A DNA stretch of 64,000 bases from an uncultured Candidatus Saccharibacteria bacterium (GCA_964396685.1 CAYNFS010000003.1:110-64109); one strand, 5' to 3'. Positions 37,029-47,223 are shown, counted from the first letter of the stretch. Made by a program: numbers and translations. Notes: generated by a model from the letters alone, not told the origin.

Positions 37029-38174
37029 ATGATTAATGGAATAGAAAAGCAAATTTTTGAAGCGGTTAATAAAGCCAACCGAGTGCTGGTGGTTTTGCCT
37101 GCTAATCCGAATGGAGATGCTTTGGGCTCGGGCTTGGCTTTTTTTGATTTTTTAAGAAAACTCGACAAACAGCCGGAGATCATCTGTGCGGCCGCCGATC
37201 TTGCGGCTTTTAATTTTTTGCCGAAACTCAAGGAAATAAAGAGAGAATTGGAGGTTTCACAAAGTTTCGTGATTTCCTTACAGACGGAAAATGCAAAGCT
37301 TGACGAGCTGTCTTACGAAGTCAAGCCCGACCGGGTGGATATTTTTGTCAAACCCAAAAGCGGCAAATTTACTACTCAAGACGTCTCTTTCAAGAGTGCC
37401 AAATTTCCCTATGACCTGATCGTAACTTTGGACTGCCCGAGCCTAGAGCATTTGGGGGAGATTTACGAAAAAAACACTGACCTGTTTTTTGAGACGGCAG
37501 TGATTAATATCGACCACCATCCTTCAAATGAACATTACGGGGAGATAAACCACGTTGATTTGGCGGCCACCTCCACGGCTGAAATTTTAACGATCTTGAT
37601 CCAAGACTATGAGGCTTCTTTGATTGATGAAAATATTGCCACTAATTTGCTAACCGGTATTATTGTCGAGACGAATAGTTTCCAGCATATCAAGACCACG
37701 CCTCAAGCGTTTCTTATGGCCTCTAATCTGATAGCCCAAGGCGGCAAACATCAGGAAATCATCCGGCAGATTTACAAAACCAAGCACATCCCTCTTTTGA
37801 AGTTATGGGGAAGGGCCTTGGCCAGGCTTAAAGAAATCCCGGATCTTAAGCTTGCTTATTCTTTGGTAAACTTCACAGACCTGGAGAAGTCAGGAAGCAC
37901 CACCCCGGACGTTTTAGGTGTCATGAGAGAGCTTGTAGCAAACCTGGTCGGACACAAAATTATTTTGCTTTTGGCCGAAGTCTCCCCCCAAAAGGTTGTC
38001 GGCTATTTGCATTTTCATCCCAGCGTCAAATCCCAAGTTGTAATTTCTGCGCTTTCTGGCCAAATGCTAAACGGTTCTTTAGGAACCTTCCACGTAGCAG
38101 GACGAGGGGTTTTGGAGATTGAGAAAGATGTGTTGGAACAACTTGCCAAAATCAAAGAACAAATTATTGTTTAA
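37029..38174 (+). CDS. DHH-DHHA1 phosphoesterase (NrnA-like oligoribonuclease / pAp phosphatase)
   Basis: DHH motif region VVLPANPNGDALGSGLAF and INIDHHPSNE, with a C-terminal DHHA1. Confidence 0.8.
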   Translation: MINGIEKQIFEAVNKANRVLVVLPANPNGDALGSGLAFFDFLRKLDKQPEIICAAADLAAFNFLPKLKEIKRELEVSQSFVISLQTENAKLDELSYEVKPDRVDIFVKPKSGKFTTQDVSFKSAKFPYDLIVTLDCPSLEHLGEIYEKNTDLFFETAVINIDHHPSNEHYGEINHVDLAATSTAEILTILIQDYEASLIDENIATNLLTGIIVETNSFQHIKTTPQAFLMASNLIAQGGKHQEIIRQIYKTKHIPLLKLWGRALARLKEIPDLKLAYSLVNFTDLEKSGSTTPDVLGVMRELVANLVGHKIILLLAEVSPQKVVGYLHFHPSVKSQVVISALSGQMLNGSLGTFHVAGRGVLEIEKDVLEQLAKIKEQIIV

Positions 38175-38224
38175 GAGCCAAGTTTGTTATAATACAGGAA
38201 GTTGCTTAATCACGAAGAAACAAA

Positions 38225-39892
38225 ATGGCACAGCCAACCTTGGGGGGAGACGAACTTGGCAAGGGCGCTAAGATTCGGCAGGTCTTCGCCTCCTTGAATC
38301 GCAAGTTTGAGGAACAGGAAACGCAGCGTCGGGCGGCAAAATTAAGCATGCCTTATTTTTCGCTGACCGGTTTTCCAATTGATGAACAAACTTTGAGTAT
38401 TGTTCCTAAAGAGCAGGCAGAGACTGCCCTCACTATTCCTTTTTATAAAGAAGGGCCGCTGGTTAGGTTGGGGGTTGTTGATGCCAAAAACTTGGAGCTC
38501 AAAAAAATTTTGGAAGAAATGACTCATCAGAAGTATCAAATCGAATTATACCTTGTCTCCGAGACAAGCTTCGACAGCGCTCTGCAGCAGTACAAAAAGG
38601 TTGTCCATGCCACACCCCGGCGCAGTTATGAGGTGCCAATAGCGGCGGGGCCTGAAGTTTTGGAACAATTTAGAGGGCTGTCAAGTCTGGGCGAAGAACT
38701 TTTGGAGATGCCCGCAACCCGCCTTTTGAATTTAATCCTCGGAGCGGCTGTGGCCATGAGCTCCTCGGATGTTCATATTGAGCCGGAGAAAAGCGACATC
38801 AAAATCCGATTCCGCGTCGACGGCGTCTTGCAAAACATGTCCAGTTTGCCTCTGAAACTTCAACATGTTTTGCTTTCTCGCATCAAGCTTCTTTCCGGCA
38901 TGAAGTTAAACGTGACGACCATTGCACAGGATGGGAGATTCTCGGTGAAGCTTGCAGACCGAACCTTGGATTTAAGGGTTTCCGCACTTCCCTCTGCGCA
39001 CGGCGAGACTATCGTCATGAGACTTTTGGGTTTGCAGGAAGTAGGGCTGAATTTAACAAATCTGGGATTGCGGGGTTTGGCGCTTACGGTGATTGAGCGG
39101 GAACTCAAAAAACCCAACGGTATGACCTTGACCACCGGTCCGACCGGTTCCGGGAAAACCACTACCTTGTACGCTTTTTTAAACCTTCTGAATAAACCGG
39201 GGGTTAAGATAATTACGTTGGAGGATCCGGTCGAGTATCAGCTTGCGGGCGTCATCCAAACTCCCATTGACCGTTCCGCAGGCATGGATTTTGCCAAAGG
39301 CTTGCGTTCGATCCTGCGCCAAGATCCGGATATTATTATGGTGGGAGAGATACGCGATTATGAGACTGCGGAAACCGCGGCGCAAGCAGCGCTTACCGGA
39401 CATGTCGTGCTTTCCACCATGCACACCAATGATGCGGCGGGTGCTATTCCGCGGTTGCTGGATCTGGGAGTAAAACCGGTCACTTTAGCCCCGGCGCTCA
39501 CCGCTTTGATCGCCCAGCGGCTTTTGCGCAAAATCTGCACAGATTGCAAAAAGCCCTATCGCCCGACCGAGCCGGAGCTTAAAAGAGTCAAGCAGATTTT
39601 AGGAAGAATGCCCAGCTCCTCGGGTTTGAAAATTCCCGAACATTTAACATTCTGGCGAAGCTTAGGCTGTGAGAAATGCCATCATTTGGGATATCGCGGC
39701 CGCATTGGCGTATTCGAGGCATTCGCCGTGGATGATCCGATAGAACGTCTGATTTTTAACCAAGCTTCAACCAATGACATCAAAAAAGCAGCACAAGCTT
39801 CCGGCATGGTTACCATGCAACAAGACGGAATTTTTAAGGCCCTGGAAGGGATTACTGATCTTTCTGAAGTGTGGCGCGTAACAGAGGAGTAA
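38225..39892 (+). CDS. type II secretion / type IV pilus assembly ATPase (GspE/PilB family)
   Basis: Walker A TGPTGSGKTTTLYA, Asp box, His box and a CxxC tetracysteine (CTDCKK...CEKCHH). Confidence 0.85.
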   Translation: MAQPTLGGDELGKGAKIRQVFASLNRKFEEQETQRRAAKLSMPYFSLTGFPIDEQTLSIVPKEQAETALTIPFYKEGPLVRLGVVDAKNLELKKILEEMTHQKYQIELYLVSETSFDSALQQYKKVVHATPRRSYEVPIAAGPEVLEQFRGLSSLGEELLEMPATRLLNLILGAAVAMSSSDVHIEPEKSDIKIRFRVDGVLQNMSSLPLKLQHVLLSRIKLLSGMKLNVTTIAQDGRFSVKLADRTLDLRVSALPSAHGETIVMRLLGLQEVGLNLTNLGLRGLALTVIERELKKPNGMTLTTGPTGSGKTTTLYAFLNLLNKPGVKIITLEDPVEYQLAGVIQTPIDRSAGMDFAKGLRSILRQDPDIIMVGEIRDYETAETAAQAALTGHVVLSTMHTNDAAGAIPRLLDLGVKPVTLAPALTALIAQRLLRKICTDCKKPYRPTEPELKRVKQILGRMPSSSGLKIPEHLTFWRSLGCEKCHHLGYRGRIGVFEAFAVDDPIERLIFNQASTNDIKKAAQASGMVTMQQDGIFKALEGITDLSEVWRVTEE

Positions 39893-39900
39893 GAAAGGGT

Positions 39901-40746
39901 ATGAAGAGTTTTTTTGGGATTATATTTCTGGTCTTGGTCCTAGCCGGAATTTTTGTTTATGCCGAGAAGATCAACCATCTGGTTTTTAAGCTTCCGGAAC
40001 TTCAAGACCAGCTTCAAGATGTCTCAAAACCCGAGGTTATCAGCCCTCCGCCGCTCAGATCTTTTAAAAGCGAACCCGCGGCAAATCTGATCGGAAGCGG
40101 CATTGTCTTTTGGACGAATCAATATCGGACGGAAAACGGGCTTCCGGAGCTTAATGAAAATGTTGAGCTTAATGCCGCGGCCTTAACTAAAGCTAAAGAC
40201 ATGTTGAACCGGCAATATTTTGCGCATGTCTCCCCGACTGGAGAGGACGCCTCGGATTTGTCCAAGGCCCAAGGTTACGAATTTGTTTTGATTGGGGAAA
40301 ATCTGGCCAGCGGCAATTTTGCCGGAGACGCAGACTTGGTTCAAGCCTGGATGGAAAGCCCCGGCCACAGGGAAAATATTTTGAATACCCGCTATCAGGA
40401 TATTGGGGCGGGGGTTGTGAGAGGGCAATTTGAGGGACAAACCGCTTGGCTGGCCGTACAGATTTTCGGCCTGCCTTTGTCTGCCTGCCCCCAACCGAAT
40501 CAAGCCCTTAAGGTCCAGATTGAGGCAAACGAAGAAACCTTGGATCAACTGCAAGCAACCCTGGATCTTATTCGTCAAGAAATTGAGAACACAAGCCCCA
40601 AACGCGGCCCGGCATATAATCAAAAAGTTGAGGAATACAACGTTTTAGCCAAGGAGTATAATGATTTAATTCGGCAAACCCAGGCCTTGATAAACCAGTA
40701 TAACGGACAGGTTAGTGCCTTCAATCAATGTGTTGTGGTAAAATAA
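39901..40746 (+). CDS. CAP (SCP/PR-1-like) domain secreted protein with a C-terminal coiled coil
   Basis: HVSPTGEDASDL...GENLASGNF...AWMESPGHRENIL CAP motifs. N-terminal signal/TM. Start set at the ATG after an RBS; the track ORF begins at 39871. Confidence 0.7.
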   Translation: MKSFFGIIFLVLVLAGIFVYAEKINHLVFKLPELQDQLQDVSKPEVISPPPLRSFKSEPAANLIGSGIVFWTNQYRTENGLPELNENVELNAAALTKAKDMLNRQYFAHVSPTGEDASDLSKAQGYEFVLIGENLASGNFAGDADLVQAWMESPGHRENILNTRYQDIGAGVVRGQFEGQTAWLAVQIFGLPLSACPQPNQALKVQIEANEETLDQLQATLDLIRQEIENTSPKRGPAYNQKVEEYNVLAKEYNDLIRQTQALINQYNGQVSAFNQCVVVK

Positions 40747-40812
40747 ACAAGAGGACTTGGTCGAGCCTCTGTGGCGATATAATAATTAAGGAACCAAAAT
40801 TGAACAATTCAA

Positions 40813-41108
40813 TGAAGTTTGATTTTCAAACATGGCTGGTGATTGGTTTAGCCGTTGCTCTAATTGGAATTTTTGCGGCTGATCAGTTTGGGGGCGCCCC
40901 CTCAACCTCAATGTCTCCCGGTAAAATTACCCAAACTAAAATGCCTGAACCAACTGGCCGCGTTTCGGACACAGCCTCCGCTTTACTTAAGGCTTCGGCT
41001 GATGAACAAACCGAATTTTCTGAAGCGCAGACCGAGCTTGAACTTTTGAGCGCTGACAGTCAAGCGATTGACGATTTTGGCCAAGTAGTAAGAGATGATG
41101 AATTCTAG
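40813..41108 (+). CDS. small membrane-anchored hypothetical protein
   Basis: MKFDFQTWLVIGLAVALIGIFAADQF TM helix followed by an acidic tail. Confidence 0.35.
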
Positions 41109-41850
41109 AATTGTGTCAAAAAAACCAATTTGTTTGGTTTTGCTTGTCGGCTTACTGGCACCACTCCTCGCTGTTGCCCAAAGGGACACTTCAAGAATCA
41201 CGAGAGTTAATACTTGCGCCAGAGTTACAGAAGTTTTCGCGAAACTTGATCAGCGATTTAGCGAAAGACAAGCAAGACTTGAGGAAAGGCGAGCCGAGCG
41301 GCAAACTGAACTTGAAGAACGCAGAACCTTAAGGCTTGAAAGAAGGCAGGAGCGCCGGACGCGCTGGGACGAAAATCGCGACGAGCATTTTCAAAAGCTG
41401 GAAGAGCGGGCCGAAACTGACGCGCAAAAGCAAGCGGTTTTGGATTTTGAAACGGCCCTCAATGACGCAATTGCCGCAAGGCGCGTTTCTATGGCAAATG
41501 CTATTGAGACTTTCAGGCAAGACGTGCAAAATGCGATAGCCGCCAGGAAAGCGGCGACAGACGCCGCAGTCAAAACTTTCCGCGCAGCGGTTAAGACCGC
41601 GCTTGAACGGGCCAAAGCTGACTGTGCCGCAGGCGTTAATGCCGAGACGGTGAGAGCCAATCTCAAAGCGGATTTACAGGCCGCTAGGCAGAAATTTGAG
41701 CAGGATCGGCAGACGATTGAAAAATTGCGCGATGCGCTAAAGCCGGTAATTGAGACCAGAAAAGCGGCGATTGAGCAGGCTCACCAGGATTTCAAAGGGG
41801 CAATAGAAGCGGCGCGGGCGGCGCTGGAAGCAGTACTTGGCAGCAGCTAA
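41095..41850 (+). CDS. secreted Arg/Glu-rich coiled-coil hypothetical protein
   Basis: Signal peptide followed by ERRAERQTELEERRTLRLERRQERRTRW repeats and a long Ala-rich helical segment. Confidence 0.4.
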   Translation: MMNSRIVSKKPICLVLLVGLLAPLLAVAQRDTSRITRVNTCARVTEVFAKLDQRFSERQARLEERRAERQTELEERRTLRLERRQERRTRWDENRDEHFQKLEERAETDAQKQAVLDFETALNDAIAARRVSMANAIETFRQDVQNAIAARKAATDAAVKTFRAAVKTALERAKADCAAGVNAETVRANLKADLQAARQKFEQDRQTIEKLRDALKPVIETRKAAIEQAHQDFKGAIEAARAALEAVLGSS

Positions 41851-41868
41851 GGCTGGTTTTGCAAAATT

Positions 41869-42189
41869 ATGATTAGCTTTGAAGAATTTCAAAGACTTGA
41901 TTTGCGCGTCGGCAAAATCATAGAGGCTTCCAGAATTGAAGGTTCGGAGAAACTCGTCAAACTTGAGGTTGATTTGGGGCAGGAGCAGCGCCAGCTTGTA
42001 GCCGGTATTGGGCAAGATTACGCGCCAGAAGAATTGATAGGCCGGGTCATTGTTGTAGTGGCTAATCTCGAATCCAGAAATCTTATGGGAATTGAATCCC
42101 AAGGTATGCTTTTGGCCGTGGATTCGGAATCAGGGCCGGTGCTTTTGATGCCGGACAAACCCGTGCCGGCGGGAAGCAAAATTCGGTAA
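41869..42189 (+). CDS. tRNA-binding domain protein (CsaA/Trbp111/EMAP-like OB fold)
   Basis: FQRLDLRVGKIIEASRIEGSEKLVKLEVDLG...GMLLAV, the classic Myf/tRNA-binding domain. Confidence 0.75.
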   Translation: MISFEEFQRLDLRVGKIIEASRIEGSEKLVKLEVDLGQEQRQLVAGIGQDYAPEELIGRVIVVVANLESRNLMGIESQGMLLAVDSESGPVLLMPDKPVPAGSKIR

Positions 42190-42197
42190 TCAACAAT

Positions 42198-44156
42198 ATG
42201 ATTGGGACAGAAAAGCTGCAAAAGTTAGCAAAGCTTATCCGCTATTTTATTTTAACTTCAACCACTGAAGCAGGTTCGGGGCACCCGACTTCGTCGCTGT
42301 CTGCGGTTGAATTGATGGCGGCCCTGCTTTTTGGCGGGTTTTTTCGTTTTGATTTGGACAATCCAGCGCACCCAAACAATGATCGGTTGATTTTCAGCAA
42401 AGGCCACGCTTCGCCGCTTTTTTATTCTTTATGGGCCGCTGCCGGCAGGGTTTCCGAGCAAGAGCTTTTGACCTTTCGGAAATTTGGGAGCCCTTTGGAA
42501 GGGCATCCCACGCCAGCTTTTGTATACACAGAGGCCGCCACTGGCTCACTTGGCCAAGGCTTATCAATTGGCGCAGGAATGGCGCTCAACGCCAAGCTTG
42601 ATAATTTGGCTTATAGAACTTTTGTATTGTTAGGAGATAGTGAAATGGCCGAGGGTTCTGTGTGGGAGGCCGTGCAAATCGCGGCGCATTATAAACTTAA
42701 TAATTTAATCGGGATTTTGGATGTGAATCGTTTGGGGCAAAGGGGCGAGACTATGTATGGACACGACATAAAGGCCTATGAGAAAAGGATTAAGTCTTTC
42801 GGATGGGAGACGATCGTAATAGAGGACGGGCATAATTTTCGCCAAATTTTAGAGGCCTTTCAATTTCTAATTTCTAATGACGAATTTTTAAACAAATCCC
42901 AAGTCCCAAATTCCAAACCAGTTATGGTTATAGCGAAAACAATCAAGGGCAAGGGCGTATCGTTTCTTGAGAATAAAGACGGGTGGCATGGGAAAGCGTT
43001 GCCCGCCGAAGATCTACCAAAGGCGTTAGCAGAGCTGGGAGAGATTGATAAAGGCACTCGCGGGGAAGTGGGCAAACCTGAATCGGCGGGAATTTCTAAA
43101 TCCAAATTTCTAATTTCTAAACAAGCACCAAAATACCAAATACCAAATACTAAATACGATCCCGGTAAACCCGTGGCGACGAGGAGGGCTTATGGGAATG
43201 CATTGGTCAATATCGCCGAGGTTTTCCCAAATCTTGTGGTGCTGGACGGCGAGGTTTCCAATTCGACCTATGCCGAGATTTTCAAAAAAGCTTATCCCGA
43301 GCGGTTTTTTGAGATGTTTATCGCCGAGCAGAATATGGTCGGCGTGGCGCTTGGGCTTTCGCGCCGTGGGAAAATTCCTTTTGTTTCAAGCTTCGCCGCG
43401 TTTCTCACGCGGGCTTTTGATCAAATTAGGATGTCGCAATATAGTGAGGCCAACCTCCACCCTGTTAAATCCGCCGAAGGCGGGGCTGCTTTGCAGCCAT
43501 TTAACGGGGTAAAGTTCTGCGGATCTCATGCTGGCGTTTCAATCGGCGAGGACGGGGCAAGCCAAATGGGGCTTGAGGATATTGCGATGTTTCGGACTAT
43601 ATTAAGCAGTATTATTTTGTATCCTTCGGACGCTGTTTCTTGCGAGAGACTGGTGGAGGAGGCGGCAAAACACAAAGGAATGGTTTATATTAGAACAACG
43701 CGCAAAGACACCTCGATTATTTACGAACCCAGTGAAGAATTTAAGATCGGCGGCTCAAAAATACTTAGACAATCAACCCACGATCGTGGGACAGTTGTCG
43801 CGGCGGGAATTACTTTGCATGAGGCACTCGCGGCGTACGAAGAACTTAAAAAAGAAGGAATCAATATCCGGGTGGTTGATTTATATAGTGTGAAGCCCTT
43901 GGATGTTGAAACGTTGCGGAAAGCGGCGGAAGAGACAAAGGCAATTATCACCGTTGAGGATCATTATTCAGAGGGTGGCATTGGCGAGGCAGTGGATACC
44001 GTTTTGGCACAAATACTAAATACTAAATACAAAATACTAAACTTGGCTGTTCGCAAAATGCCACGCTCCGGAAAGCCCGAGGAACTTTTGAGATATGAGG
44101 AAATAGACAGAAGTGCTATTATTAAGGCAGTAAAAGATTTAATCAGTAATAAGTGA
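42198..44156 (+). CDS. tkt: transketolase carrying in-frame low-complexity insertions
   Basis: TPP-binding GSLGQGLSIGAGMALNAKL and LLGDSEMAEGSVWEA. Insertions at FQFLISNDEFLNKSQVPNSKP, GISKSKFLISKQAPKYQIPNTKY and ILNTKYKILN are encoded by tandem DNA repeats. Confidence 0.9.
   Translation: MIGTEKLQKLAKLIRYFILTSTTEAGSGHPTSSLSAVELMAALLFGGFFRFDLDNPAHPNNDRLIFSKGHASPLFYSLWAAAGRVSEQELLTFRKFGSPLEGHPTPAFVYTEAATGSLGQGLSIGAGMALNAKLDNLAYRTFVLLGDSEMAEGSVWEAVQIAAHYKLNNLIGILDVNRLGQRGETMYGHDIKAYEKRIKSFGWETIVIEDGHNFRQILEAFQFLISNDEFLNKSQVPNSKPVMVIAKTIKGKGVSFLENKDGWHGKALPAEDLPKALAELGEIDKGTRGEVGKPESAGISKSKFLISKQAPKYQIPNTKYDPGKPVATRRAYGNALVNIAEVFPNLVVLDGEVSNSTYAEIFKKAYPERFFEMFIAEQNMVGVALGLSRRGKIPFVSSFAAFLTRAFDQIRMSQYSEANLHPVKSAEGGAALQPFNGVKFCGSHAGVSIGEDGASQMGLEDIAMFRTILSSIILYPSDAVSCERLVEEAAKHKGMVYIRTTRKDTSIIYEPSEEFKIGGSKILRQSTHDRGTVVAAGITLHEALAAYEELKKEGINIRVVDLYSVKPLDVETLRKAAEETKAIITVEDHYSEGGIGEAVDTVLAQILNTKYKILNLAVRKMPRSGKPEELLRYEEIDRSAIIKAVKDLISNK
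42861..42925. repeat. tandem AATTTCT and CAAATCCCAA-type repeats inside tkt
   Basis: TTTCAATTTCTAATTTCTAATGACGAATTTTTAAACAAATCCCAAGTCCCAAATTCCAAACC. Confidence 0.6.
43091..43157. repeat. tandem repeats (AATTTCTA x3, then CAAATAC/TAAATAC heptamer x4) inside tkt, frame preserved
   Basis: AATTTCTAAATCCAAATTTCTAATTTCTAAACAAGCACCAAAATACCAAATACCAAATACTAAATACGAT. Confidence 0.7.
44011..44045. repeat. heptamer tandem repeat (C/T)AAATAC x5 inside tkt
   Basis: CAAATACTAAATACTAAATACAAAATACTAAAC. The same unit occurs at 43125-43151. Confidence 0.7.
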
Positions 44157-44590
44157 AAAAAATTTCTGAAATAAAAGTTAGTTTCAAGACGTTGCTGTTT
44201 TGGGCATTTTTGATAATCGTATCATTCCTATTATGGTTATATGTGTTAGAGCCGACTTCAATTAATATTACTATCCATGAATATAAATTTCAGGTTGCTG
44301 AAGGGGTTTATGAAGAGGATATAGCAAAATCCCTTGCGGAAGAAGTGTCAAAAATCGTAGGTAAACCCGTGATATTCCAGACGGCTGTATATGTCCCCGA
44401 GATGGTACCGCCGGATCCGGCACGGGCCATTGCTTCTTTTACCGTTTCGAATTACCCCACTGCGTTAAGGTATAAGAAGGCCATCCTATCTTCGCAAGAG
44501 ATTGACCGCCAAGCCCGAATAAAAGTCTCGATAAAGTCTCCTATTATGCATTGGTTAAGTAGAGCAAAATATTGGTTTAAGTATGGTTAA
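44153..44590 (+). CDS. membrane-anchored hypothetical protein
   Basis: 145 aa with a TM helix LLFWAFLIIVSFLLWLYVL. Start codon overlaps the tkt stop. Confidence 0.35.
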   Translation: MKKISEIKVSFKTLLFWAFLIIVSFLLWLYVLEPTSINITIHEYKFQVAEGVYEEDIAKSLAEEVSKIVGKPVIFQTAVYVPEMVPPDPARAIASFTVSNYPTALRYKKAILSSQEIDRQARIKVSIKSPIMHWLSRAKYWFKYG

Positions 44591-44601
44591 CGGCAATTGA
44601 A

Positions 44602-45555
44602 ATGGACCGAAATTTAGCTCTCGAATTTGTCCGGGTTACAGAAGCGGCCGCGATTGCGGCCGCTAAATGGGTTGGCCGGGGGGACAAGCACGCGGCCGAC
44701 CAAGCGGCGGTGGATGAGATGCGCGCGCGGTTTAACCAAATTGATTTTGCGGGAACGGTTGTGATAGGCGAGGGCAAGAAAGACGAAGCGCCTGAACTTT
44801 ATACGGGTGAAAAAGTCGGTGCGGGCAAAGCCCCGGAAATGGATTTGGCTGTGGATCCGCTGGAAGCAACAGATAGCGTAGCGCACGGCCGTCCCAATGC
44901 CATCTCGGTCATTGCGGCAGGCGCCAAGGGAAGCTTGCTTTCCGCCCCCGATACCTATATGGATAAGCTTGCAGTGGGCCCGAAGGCGAGAAATGCAATT
45001 GATTTAGATGCGCCAGTAGCAGACAATATCCAGAAGACGGCAGAGGCTCTAGGCAAAGAGGTTTCCGAGATTACAGTCATGGTTTTGGACCGGGAGAGGC
45101 ACCAGAAACTTATGAAAGAAATAAGGGCAGTAGGTGCCCGGGTTCGCACAATTACTGATGGCGACGTGGCAGGGGCGATTGCTCCCTCGTTTCCTGATTC
45201 GGGAATCGACATGCTGATGGGTATTGGCGCTTCCACCGAGGGAGTTTTGGCGGCGGTTGCTGTCAAAATTTTGGGCGGGGAACTGTTTTGTCGGTTCAAA
45301 CCAAAAAAACCGGAAGACGAAGAAGCGATTAAGGCAAGCGGAATCAAAGACATCAATCAAATTTTGTCAGCCGAGGACTTAGCCCATGGCAAAACTTTGA
45401 CCTTCACCGCCACCGGAGTAATTGACGGCCCGCTTTTGGAGGGAGTTAGATTTACCAACCGTCACATCATCACTCATTCGGTTGTTATGCGGGCTTTATC
45501 TGGTACAATTAGATACATTACTACGCATCATCATCAGACAAGTAGCAAGTTGTAA
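44602..45555 (+). CDS. glpX: fructose-1,6-bisphosphatase class II (GlpX)
   Basis: LALEFVRVTEAAAIAAAKWVGRGDKHAADQAAVDEMR and downstream metal-binding regions are characteristic of GlpX. Confidence 0.85.
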   Translation: MDRNLALEFVRVTEAAAIAAAKWVGRGDKHAADQAAVDEMRARFNQIDFAGTVVIGEGKKDEAPELYTGEKVGAGKAPEMDLAVDPLEATDSVAHGRPNAISVIAAGAKGSLLSAPDTYMDKLAVGPKARNAIDLDAPVADNIQKTAEALGKEVSEITVMVLDRERHQKLMKEIRAVGARVRTITDGDVAGAIAPSFPDSGIDMLMGIGASTEGVLAAVAVKILGGELFCRFKPKKPEDEEAIKASGIKDINQILSAEDLAHGKTLTFTATGVIDGPLLEGVRFTNRHIITHSVVMRALSGTIRYITTHHHQTSSKL

Positions 45556-45588
45556 GTAGTAAGCAATAAGTTAGGTGGGGAGAAAGTT

Positions 45589-46512
45589 ATGATTCTAAAA
45601 GAGTTAGGCTACAATAAACCGGTTTTCATTCTCGCGTTTGACCATCGCTCATCTTTCTATAAGATGTTTGGCTACAAAGAGCCTCTGACGCCAGAACAGG
45701 CGAAAGAAATCGCGGATGCCAAGTGGCTTGTGTATGAAGGATTCAAAAAAGCGGTTTCGCAAGGGGAGCCGTCAAAAGAGTTTGCCGGAGTTCTGGTGGA
45801 TGAGCAGTTCGGTGACAGGATTCACAGGGACGCGGGCCCCGCGGGTTTTATTCACCTTCTGACCACGGAAAAAAGCGGTCAGGACGAGTTTGATTTTGAG
45901 CATGGGGAGCAATTTGGCGAGCACATAGAGAAGTACAAACCCAATTTCGCCAAAGTTTTGATTCGCTATAATCCAGAAGGAGACAAAGAGCTGAACGCTC
46001 GGCAAAGAGAAAGGCTTCGGATTTTGGGCGACTGGTGTCATGAACAAGGATATAAATTTTTGATCGAACCCCTGATTCCAGCGACTCCCCGGCAGCTGGA
46101 AAGCGTTGGCGGTGACGAAAAGCGTTACGATACAGAACTTCGTTACAAACTGATGGCCCAAATGATCAAAGAGCTGCAAGAGGGCGGCGTTGAGCCGGAC
46201 GTCTGGAAGATCGAAGGGCTGGAAGACGCTAAGCAGTATGAAGCGGTTATAGCGCAAGCTCAATCAGGCGGCAGAGAAAATGTCAAAGCCGTGGTACTAG
46301 GCCGAGGGGCTGACCCGGGACAGGTTGAGCGTTGGCTTCAGGCTGGGGCAAAAGTTTCCGGGATTATCGGCTTTGCCATCGGCCGAACGATTTTCCGCGA
46401 TGCCTTGGAAGGTTTGAAGGGGGGCAAGCTTACGCGCGAGCAGGCTTCTGCCGAGATTGCCCAAAAATACCAGCATTTCTATAAAGTATTTGTGAACGCT
46501 CAAAATTCTTAA
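45589..46512 (+). CDS. putative class I aldolase-like TIM-barrel protein (DUF2090-like)
   Basis: 307 aa. A conserved-looking Lys region (VWKIEGL) and its position within the PPP/gluconeogenesis gene set. Family assignment from memory only. Confidence 0.4.
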   Translation: MILKELGYNKPVFILAFDHRSSFYKMFGYKEPLTPEQAKEIADAKWLVYEGFKKAVSQGEPSKEFAGVLVDEQFGDRIHRDAGPAGFIHLLTTEKSGQDEFDFEHGEQFGEHIEKYKPNFAKVLIRYNPEGDKELNARQRERLRILGDWCHEQGYKFLIEPLIPATPRQLESVGGDEKRYDTELRYKLMAQMIKELQEGGVEPDVWKIEGLEDAKQYEAVIAQAQSGGRENVKAVVLGRGADPGQVERWLQAGAKVSGIIGFAIGRTIFRDALEGLKGGKLTREQASAEIAQKYQHFYKVFVNAQNS

Positions 46513-46524
46513 ATTTTCAAGTAT

Positions 46525-47223
46525 ATGAGCAGAGAATCAGGAGGGGGGACGGCCGCGACACTAGCAAAGGAAGTTTCTCCCGAGCGGCTGGATCAAAAAA
46601 TTTGGGAGCAAAATCTGGAGGAGGCCTTGGCAAACGCTTCCCAGGATTTAAAAGTAGTTAAAAGGAGCGATGCAGAGGGGGCAGTTTATTTTTTGGAAAA
46701 AGCTGGGAAAGCAATAGGCAGATTGCGGCTCTCACCGTTAAAAGGCGGTTTGCTGTGGCAAGGGAAAGAGACTTATGGCGTCGTATTTGAGGTTCCTGGC
46801 AAAGAGGGATCAATGCTGCCGACTTTGAAAGAAGAAAAGCTTGAGAACCTGTCGCAATTTGTAGGAGATTGTCTGGCATTTTTAAAAGGAGTTGGAGATG
46901 AGCCAAAATTAGAAGCCAGGGAAGACAAGCATGAAGTAGCGAATTCGTACAATGATTTGTATCGTTCTTTGGATTATGATCAACAGGCGAGATTGGCAAT
47001 TATTTGGGAGGGGTTGACTGGCGAGAAAAGGAGACGGTCAGCGCATCGCAGGTCAAGGGAACGTTTAGGTGTTCAGGAAGAGCGCTATGTCGATACTGAA
47101 AAGCTTATGGCAGAATTTCGGGAAAAGCTTGGACCGGAGAATAGTAAAAGATTTGATTTATTGCTTGAGCTTTTGGAGAAAAAGAAATCTAGAGACGGCG
47201 AAGCAAAAAGAGCCGCAGCATAA
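46525..47223 (+). CDS. hypothetical protein
   Basis: 232 aa with no recognisable motif; charged C-terminus. First gene of a tight three-gene operon. Confidence 0.35.
   Translation: MSRESGGGTAATLAKEVSPERLDQKIWEQNLEEALANASQDLKVVKRSDAEGAVYFLEKAGKAIGRLRLSPLKGGLLWQGKETYGVVFEVPGKEGSMLPTLKEEKLENLSQFVGDCLAFLKGVGDEPKLEAREDKHEVANSYNDLYRSLDYDQQARLAIIWEGLTGEKRRRSAHRRSRERLGVQEERYVDTEKLMAEFREKLGPENSKRFDLLLELLEKKKSRDGEAKRAAA

Noticed and set aside
42861-44045. Heptamer tandem repeats as a CRISPR array
   Set aside because: The units are 7-8 nt with no spacers, they are inside a conserved CDS, and no cas genes are present.
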